NCBI RefSeq assembly: GCF_032116555.1
Contig: NZ_CP134949.1
Location: 2,728,001-2,792,000 of the forward strand
Direction of reading: 5' to 3'
Length of the DNA stretch: 64,000 bases
Origin: Halorarum halobium
GTDB lineage: Archaea; Halobacteriota; Halobacteria; Halobacteriales; Haloferacaceae
Shown one piece after another: positions 1 to 10,098 of the stretch (position 1 is its first letter; each line of letters starts with the position of its first letter). The translations under genes and the position numbers were made by a program. Below the pieces are notes generated by a model. It made no database searches, was not told the origin of the DNA, and worked only from the letters and a program-made list of their open reading frames with translations.

Positions 1-349
1 CATAAAAAATAACCATCCAGAGAAGGGCCTGTTCGGTACACGATAGCGAATCTTTCACTCCGACGCCTAACTTTGCTCCTGAATGACTCTGCTGCCGTGC
101 ACGTTCATACGCTTCGGTCAGCCATCGCCCTCTTTCAGTTAGTTCGCCTTCATCCAGAAGGTCAAGCAGTTCCAAGAGTCGAGTCACATGCTGAACTTTT
201 CTTGACCCAACGACACCTCTGTTGAAGGCTAATGTCCGCAGATCGGCATTCGGCTCACGCCGTCGCAACTCAAGCAATTCGCAAGCTAGCGGAAGGTCGT
301 CCCAATCCGGCTGAACCGTCTCGAGGTGCCTGACTGACGACGTTTCCAC
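1..349 (-). CDS. 5' part of a hypothetical protein running off the left edge, possible winged-helix N-terminus, divergent from queD
   Basis: Manual translation: GTG at 349, open for 116 codons to the window edge (VETSSVRHLETVQPDWDDLPL...LLELLDLLDEGELTERGRWL...). Absent from the ORF track because it has no stop in the window. Confidence 0.6.
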   Translation of the reverse strand, partial: METSSVRHLETVQPDWDDLPLACELLELRRREPNADLRTLAFNRGVVGSRKVQHVTRLLELLDLLDEGELTERGRWLTEAYERARQQSHSGAKLGVGVKDSLSCTEQALLWMVIFY

Positions 350-457
350 GACTATTGGTTCTAATTTACCAACTGCAATATAATTTCCTCACGTGATTAG
401 AGACATAGTGAGTATGCTACCGATAATACTTAGTGAATACTGGGAGAGCCTCTTGGT

Positions 458-913
458 GTGCATCTTGAACAAGAATCGGTCCCTGATCTTACTGAGTCTG
501 GTAAGAGAACACTATTCGTAGGAAAGGACAACCCGATCCGAATCAGCACCGGGCATCGCCTCCTCCACCATGATGGGAAATGTAGCCGTCCACACGGCCA
601 CAACTATGAGATCTCGGTTGAGGTCACCGGATCTCTCACTCAAGATGGCTGGGTTGTAGACAAAGGAGATATTACCTCAGTAATAGATGACTGGGACCAC
701 CGCTTCCTCCTCGAGAAGGACGACCCGCTCATCGACGCCTTCGAACAGAGCGGCGACGGTGATTCACTCGTCGTTCTTGAACACCCACCGACCGCGGAAG
801 TGATGGGGCTCGTCTTGGAACAAAAACTCCTCGAGACACTCCCAGAGTCACTCTCAGACATCTCAGTGACGGTGCGGGAGACATCAGAGCTCTGTGCGGG
901 GGCGACGCACTGA
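458..913 (+). CDS. queD: 6-carboxy-5,6,7,8-tetrahydropterin synthase
   Basis: GHRL..HDGKCSRPHGHNY and PTAE motifs; first gene of a coupled queD-E-folE-C operon. Confidence 0.93.
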   Translation: MHLEQESVPDLTESGKRTLFVGKDNPIRISTGHRLLHHDGKCSRPHGHNYEISVEVTGSLTQDGWVVDKGDITSVIDDWDHRFLLEKDDPLIDAFEQSGDGDSLVVLEHPPTAEVMGLVLEQKLLETLPESLSDISVTVRETSELCAGATH

Positions 914-1686
914 TGCCAGTCAGTTCGACAGCTGATGAGCAGCCAACGGACGATGTCGATGGCGCGGCGCTGCCGGTCAACGAGCTCTTCTACTCGCTCC
1001 AGGGCGAGGGCAAACTCACCGGGACACCGTCGGTGTTCGTCCGAACGAGTGGCTGTAACCTCCGATGTTGGTTCTGTGACTCCTACCACACCTCATGGGA
1101 ACCGACCCACGCTACCATAAGCGTCGACGACATCGTCAAGGAGGTCCAGTCACACGACGACGCCGACCACGTCGTCCTCACTGGTGGCGAACCGCTCATC
1201 CATGACGATTCGGTCACCCTCCTGAAACACCTTGATGATCTCGGGTACCACACCACCGTCGAAACCAACGGCACCATCTACCGCGACGCCCCCATCGATC
1301 TGGCGAGTATCAGTCCGAAACTCGCCACCAGCACACCCACCACCGAGAAAGACCCCAAGGGCGATGGCGAGTGGGTGGACCGCCATGAGGACCGTCGTAT
1401 CGACCTCAACACGCTGAGCGCGCTCGTCGACGACTACGGTGCACAACTCAAGTTCGTCGTCACTGGCCACGACGATCTGCCCGAGATCGAATCCCTCCTC
1501 GCCGACGTCCGCTCGAAAGCGGCGAGTCACATCCCTGACTCCGACGTGTTGTTGATGCCGGAGGGAACGACTCGGGACGAACTCGACGCTCGCCGGAACG
1601 AGGTCGCCGACCTCGCGATGGAGTACGGCTACCGATACACGCCCCGCTTGCACGTCGACTTGTGGAACGACGCTCCCGAAACGTAA
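913..1686 (+). CDS. queE: 7-carboxy-7-deazaguanine synthase (radical SAM)
   Basis: ELFYSLQGEG, CNLRCWFCD (CxxxCxxC), LTGGEP, VETNGT, PRLHV; TGATG overlap with queD. Confidence 0.95.
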   Translation: MPVSSTADEQPTDDVDGAALPVNELFYSLQGEGKLTGTPSVFVRTSGCNLRCWFCDSYHTSWEPTHATISVDDIVKEVQSHDDADHVVLTGGEPLIHDDSVTLLKHLDDLGYHTTVETNGTIYRDAPIDLASISPKLATSTPTTEKDPKGDGEWVDRHEDRRIDLNTLSALVDDYGAQLKFVVTGHDDLPEIESLLADVRSKAASHIPDSDVLLMPEGTTRDELDARRNEVADLAMEYGYRYTPRLHVDLWNDAPET

Positions 1687-1687
1687 T

Positions 1688-2296
1688 ATGACGAGTACGC
1701 ATTCCCAATTCGCAACTGATGAGGTGGAATCAGACATCGACTACGAGAAGGCCCAGCGCGGCGTTCGCCTCCTGTTAGAGGCTGTCGGCGAGGACCCGGA
1801 CAGTGACGCGCTCGCGGAGACCTGCCAGCGGCGCGTTCCGGACACATTCGCGACACTCACTGAAGGTCAACGGGAGGCCGCGAAGCCGACGATGCGGACC
1901 TTCGACGCCGAGACAACCGACCTCGTCGTGAAAACCGGCATTCCCGTATACTCGCTGTGTGAACACCACTTGCTGCCGTTCTTTGGAACAGTCCATCTCG
2001 CGTATCAGCCGACAGACGAGGTAGTAGGGCTCTCGAAGCTGACTCGGTACGTTCGCTGGCAGTCACGCCAACTCACAATGCAGGAACGGCTGACGAACGA
2101 CATTGCGTCGGGGCTCAAAGAAGAACTCAACGCAGACACTGTTCTCGTCGAAGTGAACGCAACGCACCTCTGTGAGGCGATGCGTGGCGTCGAAACGGAA
2201 AGTACGACCACCACGAGAGCGACAGCCGGCGAACCGACCGCGGCCGAACGTGAGCGGTTCCAGGCAGCGATCAAGGGTACGGAGGGGCAGCGATGA
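1688..2296 (+). CDS. folE: GTP cyclohydrolase I (FolE type)
   Basis: SLCEHHLLPFFG, VVGLSKL.R, QERLT, HLC..MRGV motifs. Confidence 0.93.
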   Translation: MTSTHSQFATDEVESDIDYEKAQRGVRLLLEAVGEDPDSDALAETCQRRVPDTFATLTEGQREAAKPTMRTFDAETTDLVVKTGIPVYSLCEHHLLPFFGTVHLAYQPTDEVVGLSKLTRYVRWQSRQLTMQERLTNDIASGLKEELNADTVLVEVNATHLCEAMRGVETESTTTTRATAGEPTAAERERFQAAIKGTEGQR

Positions 2297-2988
2297 GTGA
2301 CCAGCGAGCAGTTATCTTGGCTTCTGGGGGGATGGATAGCGCGACGGCTGCCGCTGTCGCGCAGGATACCGGCTACGAGTTGTACATGCTGCACACGTCC
2401 TACGGCCAGCAGACCGAGAGTAAAGAGTACGACTGTGCAAAGGCTCAGGCTAAGACCGTCGGCGCCGCTGATTTCCTTCACCTGACAACGGATCATCTCT
2501 CGAAAATCGGTGCGTCGAGTCTTACCGACGATGAGATGGACGTTGAGGAGGCGGACCTCGAAAGTGACGAAATTCCGTCAAGCTACGTGCCGTTCCGGAA
2601 CGCGAACCTGCTGTCGATGGCAACCTCGTACGCGGAAGCCAACGACTGTGCGGCTGTGTTCATCGGTGCGCACAGCGAGGACTTCTCGGGGTATCCGGAC
2701 TGCCGGCCGGAATTCTTCGAGGCATTCCAGCAGGTCGTCGACGTCGGCACGAAACCGGAGACGGAGATCAGCGTCGAAGCGCCGTTCGTCGAGTTGTCGA
2801 AGACGGACATCGCCGAGCGCGGTCTCGAACTCGAGGTCCCCTACGAGCACACTTGGAGTTGCTACCGGGACGAGGCACCAGCGTGTGGCACGTGTGACGC
2901 GTGTGCGTTCCGCCTCCAGGCGTTCCAGAATCTCGGCGCGCGCGATCCGATCGAATACGCCGAGCGCCCGGACTATACCGAATCATAG
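2293..2988 (+). CDS. queC: 7-cyano-7-deazaguanine (preQ0) synthase
   Basis: SGGMDS PP-loop, YVPFRN, YPDCRPEF, TWSCY...CGTCDAC Zn site; ATGA overlap with folE. Confidence 0.96.
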   Translation: MSDQRAVILASGGMDSATAAAVAQDTGYELYMLHTSYGQQTESKEYDCAKAQAKTVGAADFLHLTTDHLSKIGASSLTDDEMDVEEADLESDEIPSSYVPFRNANLLSMATSYAEANDCAAVFIGAHSEDFSGYPDCRPEFFEAFQQVVDVGTKPETEISVEAPFVELSKTDIAERGLELEVPYEHTWSCYRDEAPACGTCDACAFRLQAFQNLGARDPIEYAERPDYTES

Positions 2989-3426
2989 ACGCCGCTGAGC
3001 CGATATATCCATGGTTAACCTGGTCTGCGTTAATTCTTCTCGACGCGGGGGCTCACGAAGAGGAGGTCCGATGCTGGAGACACCGAACCCAGAGTACCTG
3101 TTGCAGACAGCAATTTGAGTATCATCCAACTGTTCTAGCCTGCGAATTCCTATGGGGGTTTCACCTATTCGCCTAATCGGTCAACTAAGGTGGTCATGGC
3201 CAGTCCATACATTACTACAACCGGTAACACCCACATCAACCGATCAATGGGTTAGCACTAACTGACGAGGCGCTAAACAGGACAGTGACCAAAATACTAT
3301 TAGATTATACCCAGGATGGTGAAGCTAACATACTGCTAATGGTGGAAGAAATTCATTCACAGAGGGGCGGCGGGATACATTCAATATGATTAAACTATTT
3401 TGTGACCTGGCAGAGGGGGAGGACTG

Positions 3427-5322
3427 ATGATGGGCCTGGATCTTGACATACCTGACCAAAGAAACTCGTGGGGGACTCTAATAACATATACTACACAAAA
3501 GGAGAAGGAGAAAGTGATTGAATATTTAGGAGAGGAAATAGACAACCTACAGCGCCGAAATATTGGGGATATAGAAGATTTTGACCCCGCAATTGGCGTT
3601 GTGAATTGTGTTGATATTTCTGATAAGAGTGAAATTGTTCTGTCCGAACCTAAGGCAGGAAAGCAGGTAATGGGCTGGGTCAAAACCTACAAAACAGTTC
3701 TCCTCTGTAAGACCTGGCAATGGAAACTCCTCCAAACTCGAGACGGAAGATGGACTAGTCACCTGAACTCAATCCACCATATCTCCGACCACTCACCAAT
3801 TGAGAAGTCCGCACAACACCTCCTCAAAGAAGAAAATATATCGAAAAAGCAAAGCCGACTAGCTATTCACGAATACCTCCAACAAAGGGATCTCTTCACC
3901 GAGTTCCTTGATGAAGCTGGAATTAACCCTAACCGGCTTCAATCTATTATTGACCGAAAAGGGCTTTGGAATCTAAGCGACTCAGAGAAAGCACTCTTAC
4001 TTCGTCCAAACAAAGAACTCCTTCGCTACATAGCCGCTCAAGAGCTAAGAGAACGACAAGGAGGTCGGTTCGCCCGACAAGACTTCGTCAATCTCTTCGG
4101 CGAAATCCCCCGCCAAATCCAATCTAACAGCCAAAGATTCGAAGATATTCTTGAAGAAATGACTATTGAAGAAGGCGATATAGAGGAATTCAGTACAATT
4201 CAGGTTCTAGCAGGCATACTATGTCTCGATACCTTTGAGAACCAGTTGGAGCAAGCCATACGCGATAACCTTGCAAGGGAACCGAGTGACGTCCTTAATA
4301 ACATCGAAGAAGTAGACCGAAGCCAATTCCTGGAACGTTCAAGCTATATCGCCGAGTTTCTGGAGTCAGACCCCACAAGAAGCATCTTCTCAGCACTACT
4401 CACTGCAGTTAATCTAGATGGGATTAGTGGTGGGGATCCGTTCTTAGATATCCTAAAAAGATACCAGATGGAAGTCACGTCCAGAGATAAGGCCTTAGTG
4501 ACGAGACTTCTAGTCGAGAAAATTATTAGTGGGGACTACTCCTCTTCAAAAAACCACAGCGTGATAGCGGACTTCTTAGATGAAGATGGACCGAAAATAG
4601 TTCTCCTATTAGATGGTCTCCCACTCGCCACCCATGAAACGGCAGGATTCCTGTCTGAAAGGAAAACGGACGAGCGATGGGAAATTCAGCAGGCAATCGC
4701 CCCAATCCCGTCAGTAACGGAGATGTTTCGATCTTCCCTCAGCAGCGAATTAGACTTTGACGACTTAGGTGGATTTACTGATGGCGAAGATGGACTAGCA
4801 GGACTTGATTTAGATGCATTTCTCGGAGATGAAAAAGAGGAGGAACTCTTCGAAATGCTTCAGAATGGTGATTCAGTAATCATATACAACGCCGACATCG
4901 ATCAGGGTGCACGCTACCCTACAGATATTCATCGGAAGATAGACGCTCACTTGAGAGAAAATATCCCAGAATTTATACGAAAATACGGGGACCACGCTGA
5001 TATCTTAATCACATCAGATCACGGAATGGTCGAAACGCTTGAGTCGGAAGCTATTCCACGACCCACAGAAGCGAATCAAAGGGGAATGAGTCACTGTCGT
5101 GGAACATTTGTAGACGACGTCGATGAAATAAGGGGGGAACTCTCAGATGACACGGTAAGTTATATTGAAGTGGGATTACCAGACAGTGATGAGAATTGTG
5201 TGATGCTAAATCCTAACAACCCTAACGCGAAGTTTGGGACTCAAAGCTCCGACCTTTGGATTCACGGCGGAGTTTCTATAGAGGAGTCTGTTGTTCCTGT
5301 CGCAATTTGGAGGGGTGTATGA
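3427..5322 (+). CDS. PglZ-like alkaline-phosphatase-superfamily protein
   Basis: C-terminal half has LLLDGL, PIPSVT, ITSDHG and HGGVSIEESVVPV, the ordered PglZ-domain motif set; N-terminal half unrecognised. Confidence 0.8.
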   Translation: MMGLDLDIPDQRNSWGTLITYTTQKEKEKVIEYLGEEIDNLQRRNIGDIEDFDPAIGVVNCVDISDKSEIVLSEPKAGKQVMGWVKTYKTVLLCKTWQWKLLQTRDGRWTSHLNSIHHISDHSPIEKSAQHLLKEENISKKQSRLAIHEYLQQRDLFTEFLDEAGINPNRLQSIIDRKGLWNLSDSEKALLLRPNKELLRYIAAQELRERQGGRFARQDFVNLFGEIPRQIQSNSQRFEDILEEMTIEEGDIEEFSTIQVLAGILCLDTFENQLEQAIRDNLAREPSDVLNNIEEVDRSQFLERSSYIAEFLESDPTRSIFSALLTAVNLDGISGGDPFLDILKRYQMEVTSRDKALVTRLLVEKIISGDYSSSKNHSVIADFLDEDGPKIVLLLDGLPLATHETAGFLSERKTDERWEIQQAIAPIPSVTEMFRSSLSSELDFDDLGGFTDGEDGLAGLDLDAFLGDEKEEELFEMLQNGDSVIIYNADIDQGARYPTDIHRKIDAHLRENIPEFIRKYGDHADILITSDHGMVETLESEAIPRPTEANQRGMSHCRGTFVDDVDEIRGELSDDTVSYIEVGLPDSDENCVMLNPNNPNAKFGTQSSDLWIHGGVSIEESVVPVAIWRGV

Positions 5323-5323
5323 G

Positions 5324-6319
5324 ATGTCTTTAAACAAACCTATGCCGAAAGGAGGTTATCGCACTATACTTGAAATCGTGAATATCCTAGGAGGTGAGGG
5401 AAGTCAATCCGTTAGAGACCTAGTATCAGAGCTTGACCAATTTGGCTACAGAATAGTTCAGGATGACAGTGGAGAAGACCATAGTCCTGCCCTCAGCCCA
5501 GGAGGACACACCTACTCTGAGATCACTCAGCTCCTGAACTTTGTAGAAGCTAAAGGTGATGACCCTCTAGATACTGAACTCAGTTTAACAGAAGAATCAG
5601 AGAACAACTTCGGCACCAAGACAAGCGGCAGAAAAGTCTACGATATTTTATCTACCGATAAATTAGATGATGAGACAAAAAGAGGAGCTGTTAGCGCATT
5701 AATACTCTCTCTTCTCTGCGAAGCCGATATTGATACCTCAAATGTGACTATTCCCAACGCATTCCGGACCTTCCTAACTAAAGTATGGGAACAAAAGGAT
5801 AAGTCTACAGGTCGTTATCAAACAAACTGGAGAAAAGACAACACGTACTTCAAAGATATCCTAACCGATCCTGAAATATCTGAGGACTGGAACGAAGAAA
5901 AGCTTCGCCACTGCGCAACAAGAGCTATTGACCTCGGTGTTTGCCGGCGCTCAGAAAGAGGCGGCAGCTCAGACCTCATATGCCCTGTACTTGTTGAAGA
6001 CATCTTCCAAGCGAGCGTGTTCTACATGAACCATCACTACCGAAAAGACCTGGCCGATACAACTCCAAATATACGGCAATTTTACAGTGATCTTAGCAAA
6101 TGGTATCCGATAGCCAAGGAGTTCTTCGAACAGAATGTCCTCTATGATGGCATTCTACACCAGAATACCAAAATATCTGATAAAACCTACCCTGTGCTTC
6201 ATGACCTGCTCAACCGGAATAACAATGAGACAAACAATTATCAAGTGAGATGGTTCGAAGGAGAGGATAGCTGGGATGAAAACGTCCGCTTCGCTGAATT
6301 CGAATTTGGAGTGATGTAA
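5324..6319 (+). CDS. Hypothetical protein (331 aa), possibly tandem winged-helix
   Basis: ATG 1 nt after the PglZ stop with GGAGGGGTG upstream (preferred over TTG 5291); no catalytic motif recognised. Confidence 0.75.
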   Translation: MSLNKPMPKGGYRTILEIVNILGGEGSQSVRDLVSELDQFGYRIVQDDSGEDHSPALSPGGHTYSEITQLLNFVEAKGDDPLDTELSLTEESENNFGTKTSGRKVYDILSTDKLDDETKRGAVSALILSLLCEADIDTSNVTIPNAFRTFLTKVWEQKDKSTGRYQTNWRKDNTYFKDILTDPEISEDWNEEKLRHCATRAIDLGVCRRSERGGSSDLICPVLVEDIFQASVFYMNHHYRKDLADTTPNIRQFYSDLSKWYPIAKEFFEQNVLYDGILHQNTKISDKTYPVLHDLLNRNNNETNNYQVRWFEGEDSWDENVRFAEFEFGVM

Positions 6320-6321
6320 AA

Positions 6322-9300
6322 ATGGCTAAAAAACTGGAATCTGAAGCAGAAGAGGCACTTGAGTCGGAGTTGGGCATCAACCCACAACGATTCGATGTCG
6401 TATTCTCGCAGGTCTGGGACTCGGACGAAGATCCCGAGGATCGAGTCCACATCGATACAGAAGTCGAATCAGAAGTTCTCCGCCTCGTAGATGACTGGGC
6501 AGATCAAATCCACGATTCTGCAGGTAATCCCGGTGGCTCAGATGACGGCCTATTTCTCGTGATCGAAGGAGCTCAAGCTACCGGGAAGACCACGATGACC
6601 CGGTATACTCGGAACCAGTTAGACCCCACTGAAAATCCAGATCAATCGAATATCCCAATGATCATCCCGGTCTGGGATTCAACTGATCCAAATCCAACCT
6701 CCTTCAAATACAGAGGCCTCCTACAGAATGAGGGTCGCAGAGTCTTTGAGGAGTTAGATGTTCCTGACATAGACGACAAGATAGAACTTCTCAACGGAAT
6801 GGACGCAGAACTATCTGATGAAGAGATCTCAAAGATAGGGGAGCAACACGGAGCTAACGCAGAACAAGTCAAAGGAATTCTAGGAGAAGCAGGATTCGGA
6901 GGGGGAGAATACGAACCCAAGGAAGTTGTAAGCCAACTCGCCAGCGAAGGCTATCTCTTCCTATTCATCTTCGACGAGATGGTCTCTGAGAATGACGCAG
7001 AAAAAGCCAAATCTGTACTAAAATGGTTTAAAGACCACCTCTACCCATACGTTGGCCTTGTACTCTTCTCCCATCCAGACGTCTCTAGCGCCATTAAGAG
7101 CGAAATGCAGGACCAAGCTACCAGGAGAAATATTGACAGAACTCTCAACATCGCTGGGGAAACTTACGACATCAAAGAGGATATTGTCATCAACATCCGG
7201 GGCAAGCAGCACCGGATAATAGATATCGAAAAACTGCTCCAAGACTACTTTTCGGATGTATATATAGAGGAGGACCATCCCGATTACGGGCCTCTGGACG
7301 AGGCAAACCTCGAATGGATGAAACGGCTCTTAGCAGCAGGTGGTCTAATAGGGAACCTCATCGACGGCCTAAATACTGCTATCGAGCGATTCGCTCAGGA
7401 CAGAGCAGACGGTAATGACGAAAAAGAGATCGGGGCATATCTATTCGACGAATGCAGCCGGAAGATGAGTCACGTTCAAATCAAGCAACGGTTTGAGGGT
7501 AACTCAGATCTAGATCCGGATGAAGAAACAGAAGCAGTTTGGAGGGCAAAGGAACTGATCACGCAATCTACAGGCTTAGAGGAAGTGGAAGACGAGATTC
7601 AAAATGAGTTAGAACAAGCCCGTGTCCTGATTGAGGACTCCGACAGCGGAGTGCTCGATCTGAACCCATATTTGATGAACTATGAAGAGTCTGACTACTC
7701 TCGGTCGAGAGAAACCACTCCACGTACAACAGAGGAACCAGAAGGTCAGTTAGCAGCCTACCGGGATACAGTACAAAGCTTCAGTGATGACAAGGCCAGT
7801 GACCGCGGAACACTACGGAGAAATGTTGACATAGGTCTTTCAACTCTACTGGAAAGAGTTAATTCCCAGCAGGCGAACATTTCCCAGTCGTCTTCTCTCG
7901 CTCTTCCAGGCGGCAACAACCCTGAATCCGATTTCTTAGAACTAATAGGTTCCTCAACTACAGGACGTGCTGAGAAAATCGAAATAAGCGACGGAAACCT
8001 TTCCGAATACGACTATCGATTCCTCGCCACAACCCTCTTCTCAGATGACTCACTGAATGATCCAGAAATCCGCGACGATATCCAAGAGTGGTTTGACGGA
8101 GACAACGGATTACTCATCGTCACTAACAAAGATCCAGAGGATATCTCAAAACCGGGTTGGTTTGATGACACTATCGATAAACAGCGGTGGAGAGAAAACG
8201 AATACACGTGGGCAAATATAACCCAGATAATCCACGTTGACCGGCTAAGAGACTTATTAGGCCTTTACCGTCATCTCCAAGAGGAAGACTTCGAGAACGA
8301 TAGCGAAGTCTTAGCAGAAATCAGAAGACTTTCTGACCAGTCACAATTCCCGGAACTCCCTGATTTGGAGGATTTAGTAACGGGGCTTTACGAGGACTCC
8401 TCAGAAGCGGTCCGCAACATCCACAATAGCATCTACGAAAAGTATGATGGACCGACTATAGACGAAGCAGAAGCCTTCTCGGAAATCCTTGATGAGGTCA
8501 AGGATCGAGGCTTCATTTCAGATGAAGTTCTGGATAAGCTTCGGGAAGATCATGGAGTTGAAATAGAATCTCTAATCAAAAAAGGCGCTATAAAACGGTT
8601 CGAAACAGAAGATGATCGGACAGTCGTCTATTTGAAGCAAGAGTTCGGTGGAGCATCTAAGATTGGAAGAGTCAGTGACAAAAGAGACCTCTTCCCGGTG
8701 GGGCCAGAAATCTTCGATAAACTCGAAGAATTCCACGGGATGGAATCCGGCCGTGTCATGCGGGATGACGACGAAATCAGTAACAGGCTGGATAACCTGG
8801 AAAAGAAGAGCAGCATAGTCGACTTCTTCCTCTATAACGAGGATAAACTGGCAGACATCAAAAGCGAGATCAATGACTCCGATGTCAAAATCTTCTCTGA
8901 CGTCTTAGACAAGATTGCAGAAGCAAAACAGACTGACGAGGAAGACTTTAAACTCGTAAGAGAAAAATTTGAAGCCGATCAAGACCTCTGGTCAAAAATA
9001 CAAGACTTAGATGTCGATGATGACATCTCACCAATTCACCGAGAGCTCTTCTACGCTAAACTCCCAGAACAACCGCCAAATTGGGCCACAGACTACATAG
9101 ACGACGACAGAGACTATCCTACTCTAATCTACGATCTTCACAAAACAATTCAGCAAATACTGGAAGAACTCGATGACGTGGATGAGGAAGTCTCTGAGGG
9201 ATTCGAAGACGAAAGCAGCGACCTGGAAGAGCTACGTTCCGACTTAGAAGAATTCGCGGATATTGATTCAAGCTCGGAAGATGATGTTGAACTCAATGAT

Positions 9301-10086
9301 TCGAACTCAGAGACTCTATCAGAACTGTCCAAAGAAGATCTCGAGGACTTCGACTTCGAGTCCTTCATCTCGGACATTGCTGAGAATGAATCCAAAAGAA
9401 GCAATCTGAGCAGTGCGACCGGACTACTAACTAGAGCGGATCGAACCCGTAACACCTTCGTTGAGACCCTAGACATAGAATCTCTAAAGGACATAGACCA
9501 CGACAAAGCTTCAGACCACACCGATGTCGGAAAGCAGATCGTCCAACGACTATTAGACGACGACGTCCTCTTCGACGACGACAGCGATGAACCAGAGATA
9601 GTCCTTCAAGACCTTCAGGACTTCTGTGAGAATACCAGGAAGCTAATCCAGGACTCCTCAAAATTACAAGAGTTGACAGAAAATGCAGAAGAGGAGCAGG
9701 AGAAGGTAGAATCGGTTCCCGGAGATGATATAGAGGATAAGCTGGAGCATCTCGAAGAAAAGGTCGAGGACATAGATAACGCTGAGAGGTACCTCAAACT
9801 CAAAGAAGAACACTGTGAGGTCTGTAAAAGCGATTGGAAGGATCTATCGCTGGAACGGAAAGAAGAAATTGAAGATGAGCTGGAACGGATGGAAGAGGAT
9901 TATCCGGATGTCGACTTCTCCTTAGACTCTATTGAATCAGAAAAGGACGCCGCTGAAGACAAAAAAGAGGAAGCAGACGACGTAGAAGAAGAGTTGGAAA
10001 AGATAGAGAGGAAGAAGGGTCAAATCGATCTCAGCGAATACACCAGTGAGTTAGGAAACCTCCAGGAGAAGTATGCCTCAGATTAA
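6322..10086 (+). CDS. Large P-loop ATPase with C-terminal coiled coil and CxxC
   Basis: Walker A LVIEGAQATGKTT, Walker B LFLFIFDEM; E/K/L-rich heptad-like tail flanking HCEVCK. Confidence 0.85.
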   Translation: MAKKLESEAEEALESELGINPQRFDVVFSQVWDSDEDPEDRVHIDTEVESEVLRLVDDWADQIHDSAGNPGGSDDGLFLVIEGAQATGKTTMTRYTRNQLDPTENPDQSNIPMIIPVWDSTDPNPTSFKYRGLLQNEGRRVFEELDVPDIDDKIELLNGMDAELSDEEISKIGEQHGANAEQVKGILGEAGFGGGEYEPKEVVSQLASEGYLFLFIFDEMVSENDAEKAKSVLKWFKDHLYPYVGLVLFSHPDVSSAIKSEMQDQATRRNIDRTLNIAGETYDIKEDIVINIRGKQHRIIDIEKLLQDYFSDVYIEEDHPDYGPLDEANLEWMKRLLAAGGLIGNLIDGLNTAIERFAQDRADGNDEKEIGAYLFDECSRKMSHVQIKQRFEGNSDLDPDEETEAVWRAKELITQSTGLEEVEDEIQNELEQARVLIEDSDSGVLDLNPYLMNYEESDYSRSRETTPRTTEEPEGQLAAYRDTVQSFSDDKASDRGTLRRNVDIGLSTLLERVNSQQANISQSSSLALPGGNNPESDFLELIGSSTTGRAEKIEISDGNLSEYDYRFLATTLFSDDSLNDPEIRDDIQEWFDGDNGLLIVTNKDPEDISKPGWFDDTIDKQRWRENEYTWANITQIIHVDRLRDLLGLYRHLQEEDFENDSEVLAEIRRLSDQSQFPELPDLEDLVTGLYEDSSEAVRNIHNSIYEKYDGPTIDEAEAFSEILDEVKDRGFISDEVLDKLREDHGVEIESLIKKGAIKRFETEDDRTVVYLKQEFGGASKIGRVSDKRDLFPVGPEIFDKLEEFHGMESGRVMRDDDEISNRLDNLEKKSSIVDFFLYNEDKLADIKSEINDSDVKIFSDVLDKIAEAKQTDEEDFKLVREKFEADQDLWSKIQDLDVDDDISPIHRELFYAKLPEQPPNWATDYIDDDRDYPTLIYDLHKTIQQILEELDDVDEEVSEGFEDESSDLEELRSDLEEFADIDSSSEDDVELNDSNSETLSELSKEDLEDFDFESFISDIAENESKRSNLSSATGLLTRADRTRNTFVETLDIESLKDIDHDKASDHTDVGKQIVQRLLDDDVLFDDDSDEPEIVLQDLQDFCENTRKLIQDSSKLQELTENAEEEQEKVESVPGDDIEDKLEHLEEKVEDIDNAERYLKLKEEHCEVCKSDWKDLSLERKEEIEDELERMEEDYPDVDFSLDSIESEKDAAEDKKEEADDVEEELEKIERKKGQIDLSEYTSELGNLQEKYASD

Positions 10087-10098
10087 GCCTGAGGAGAA

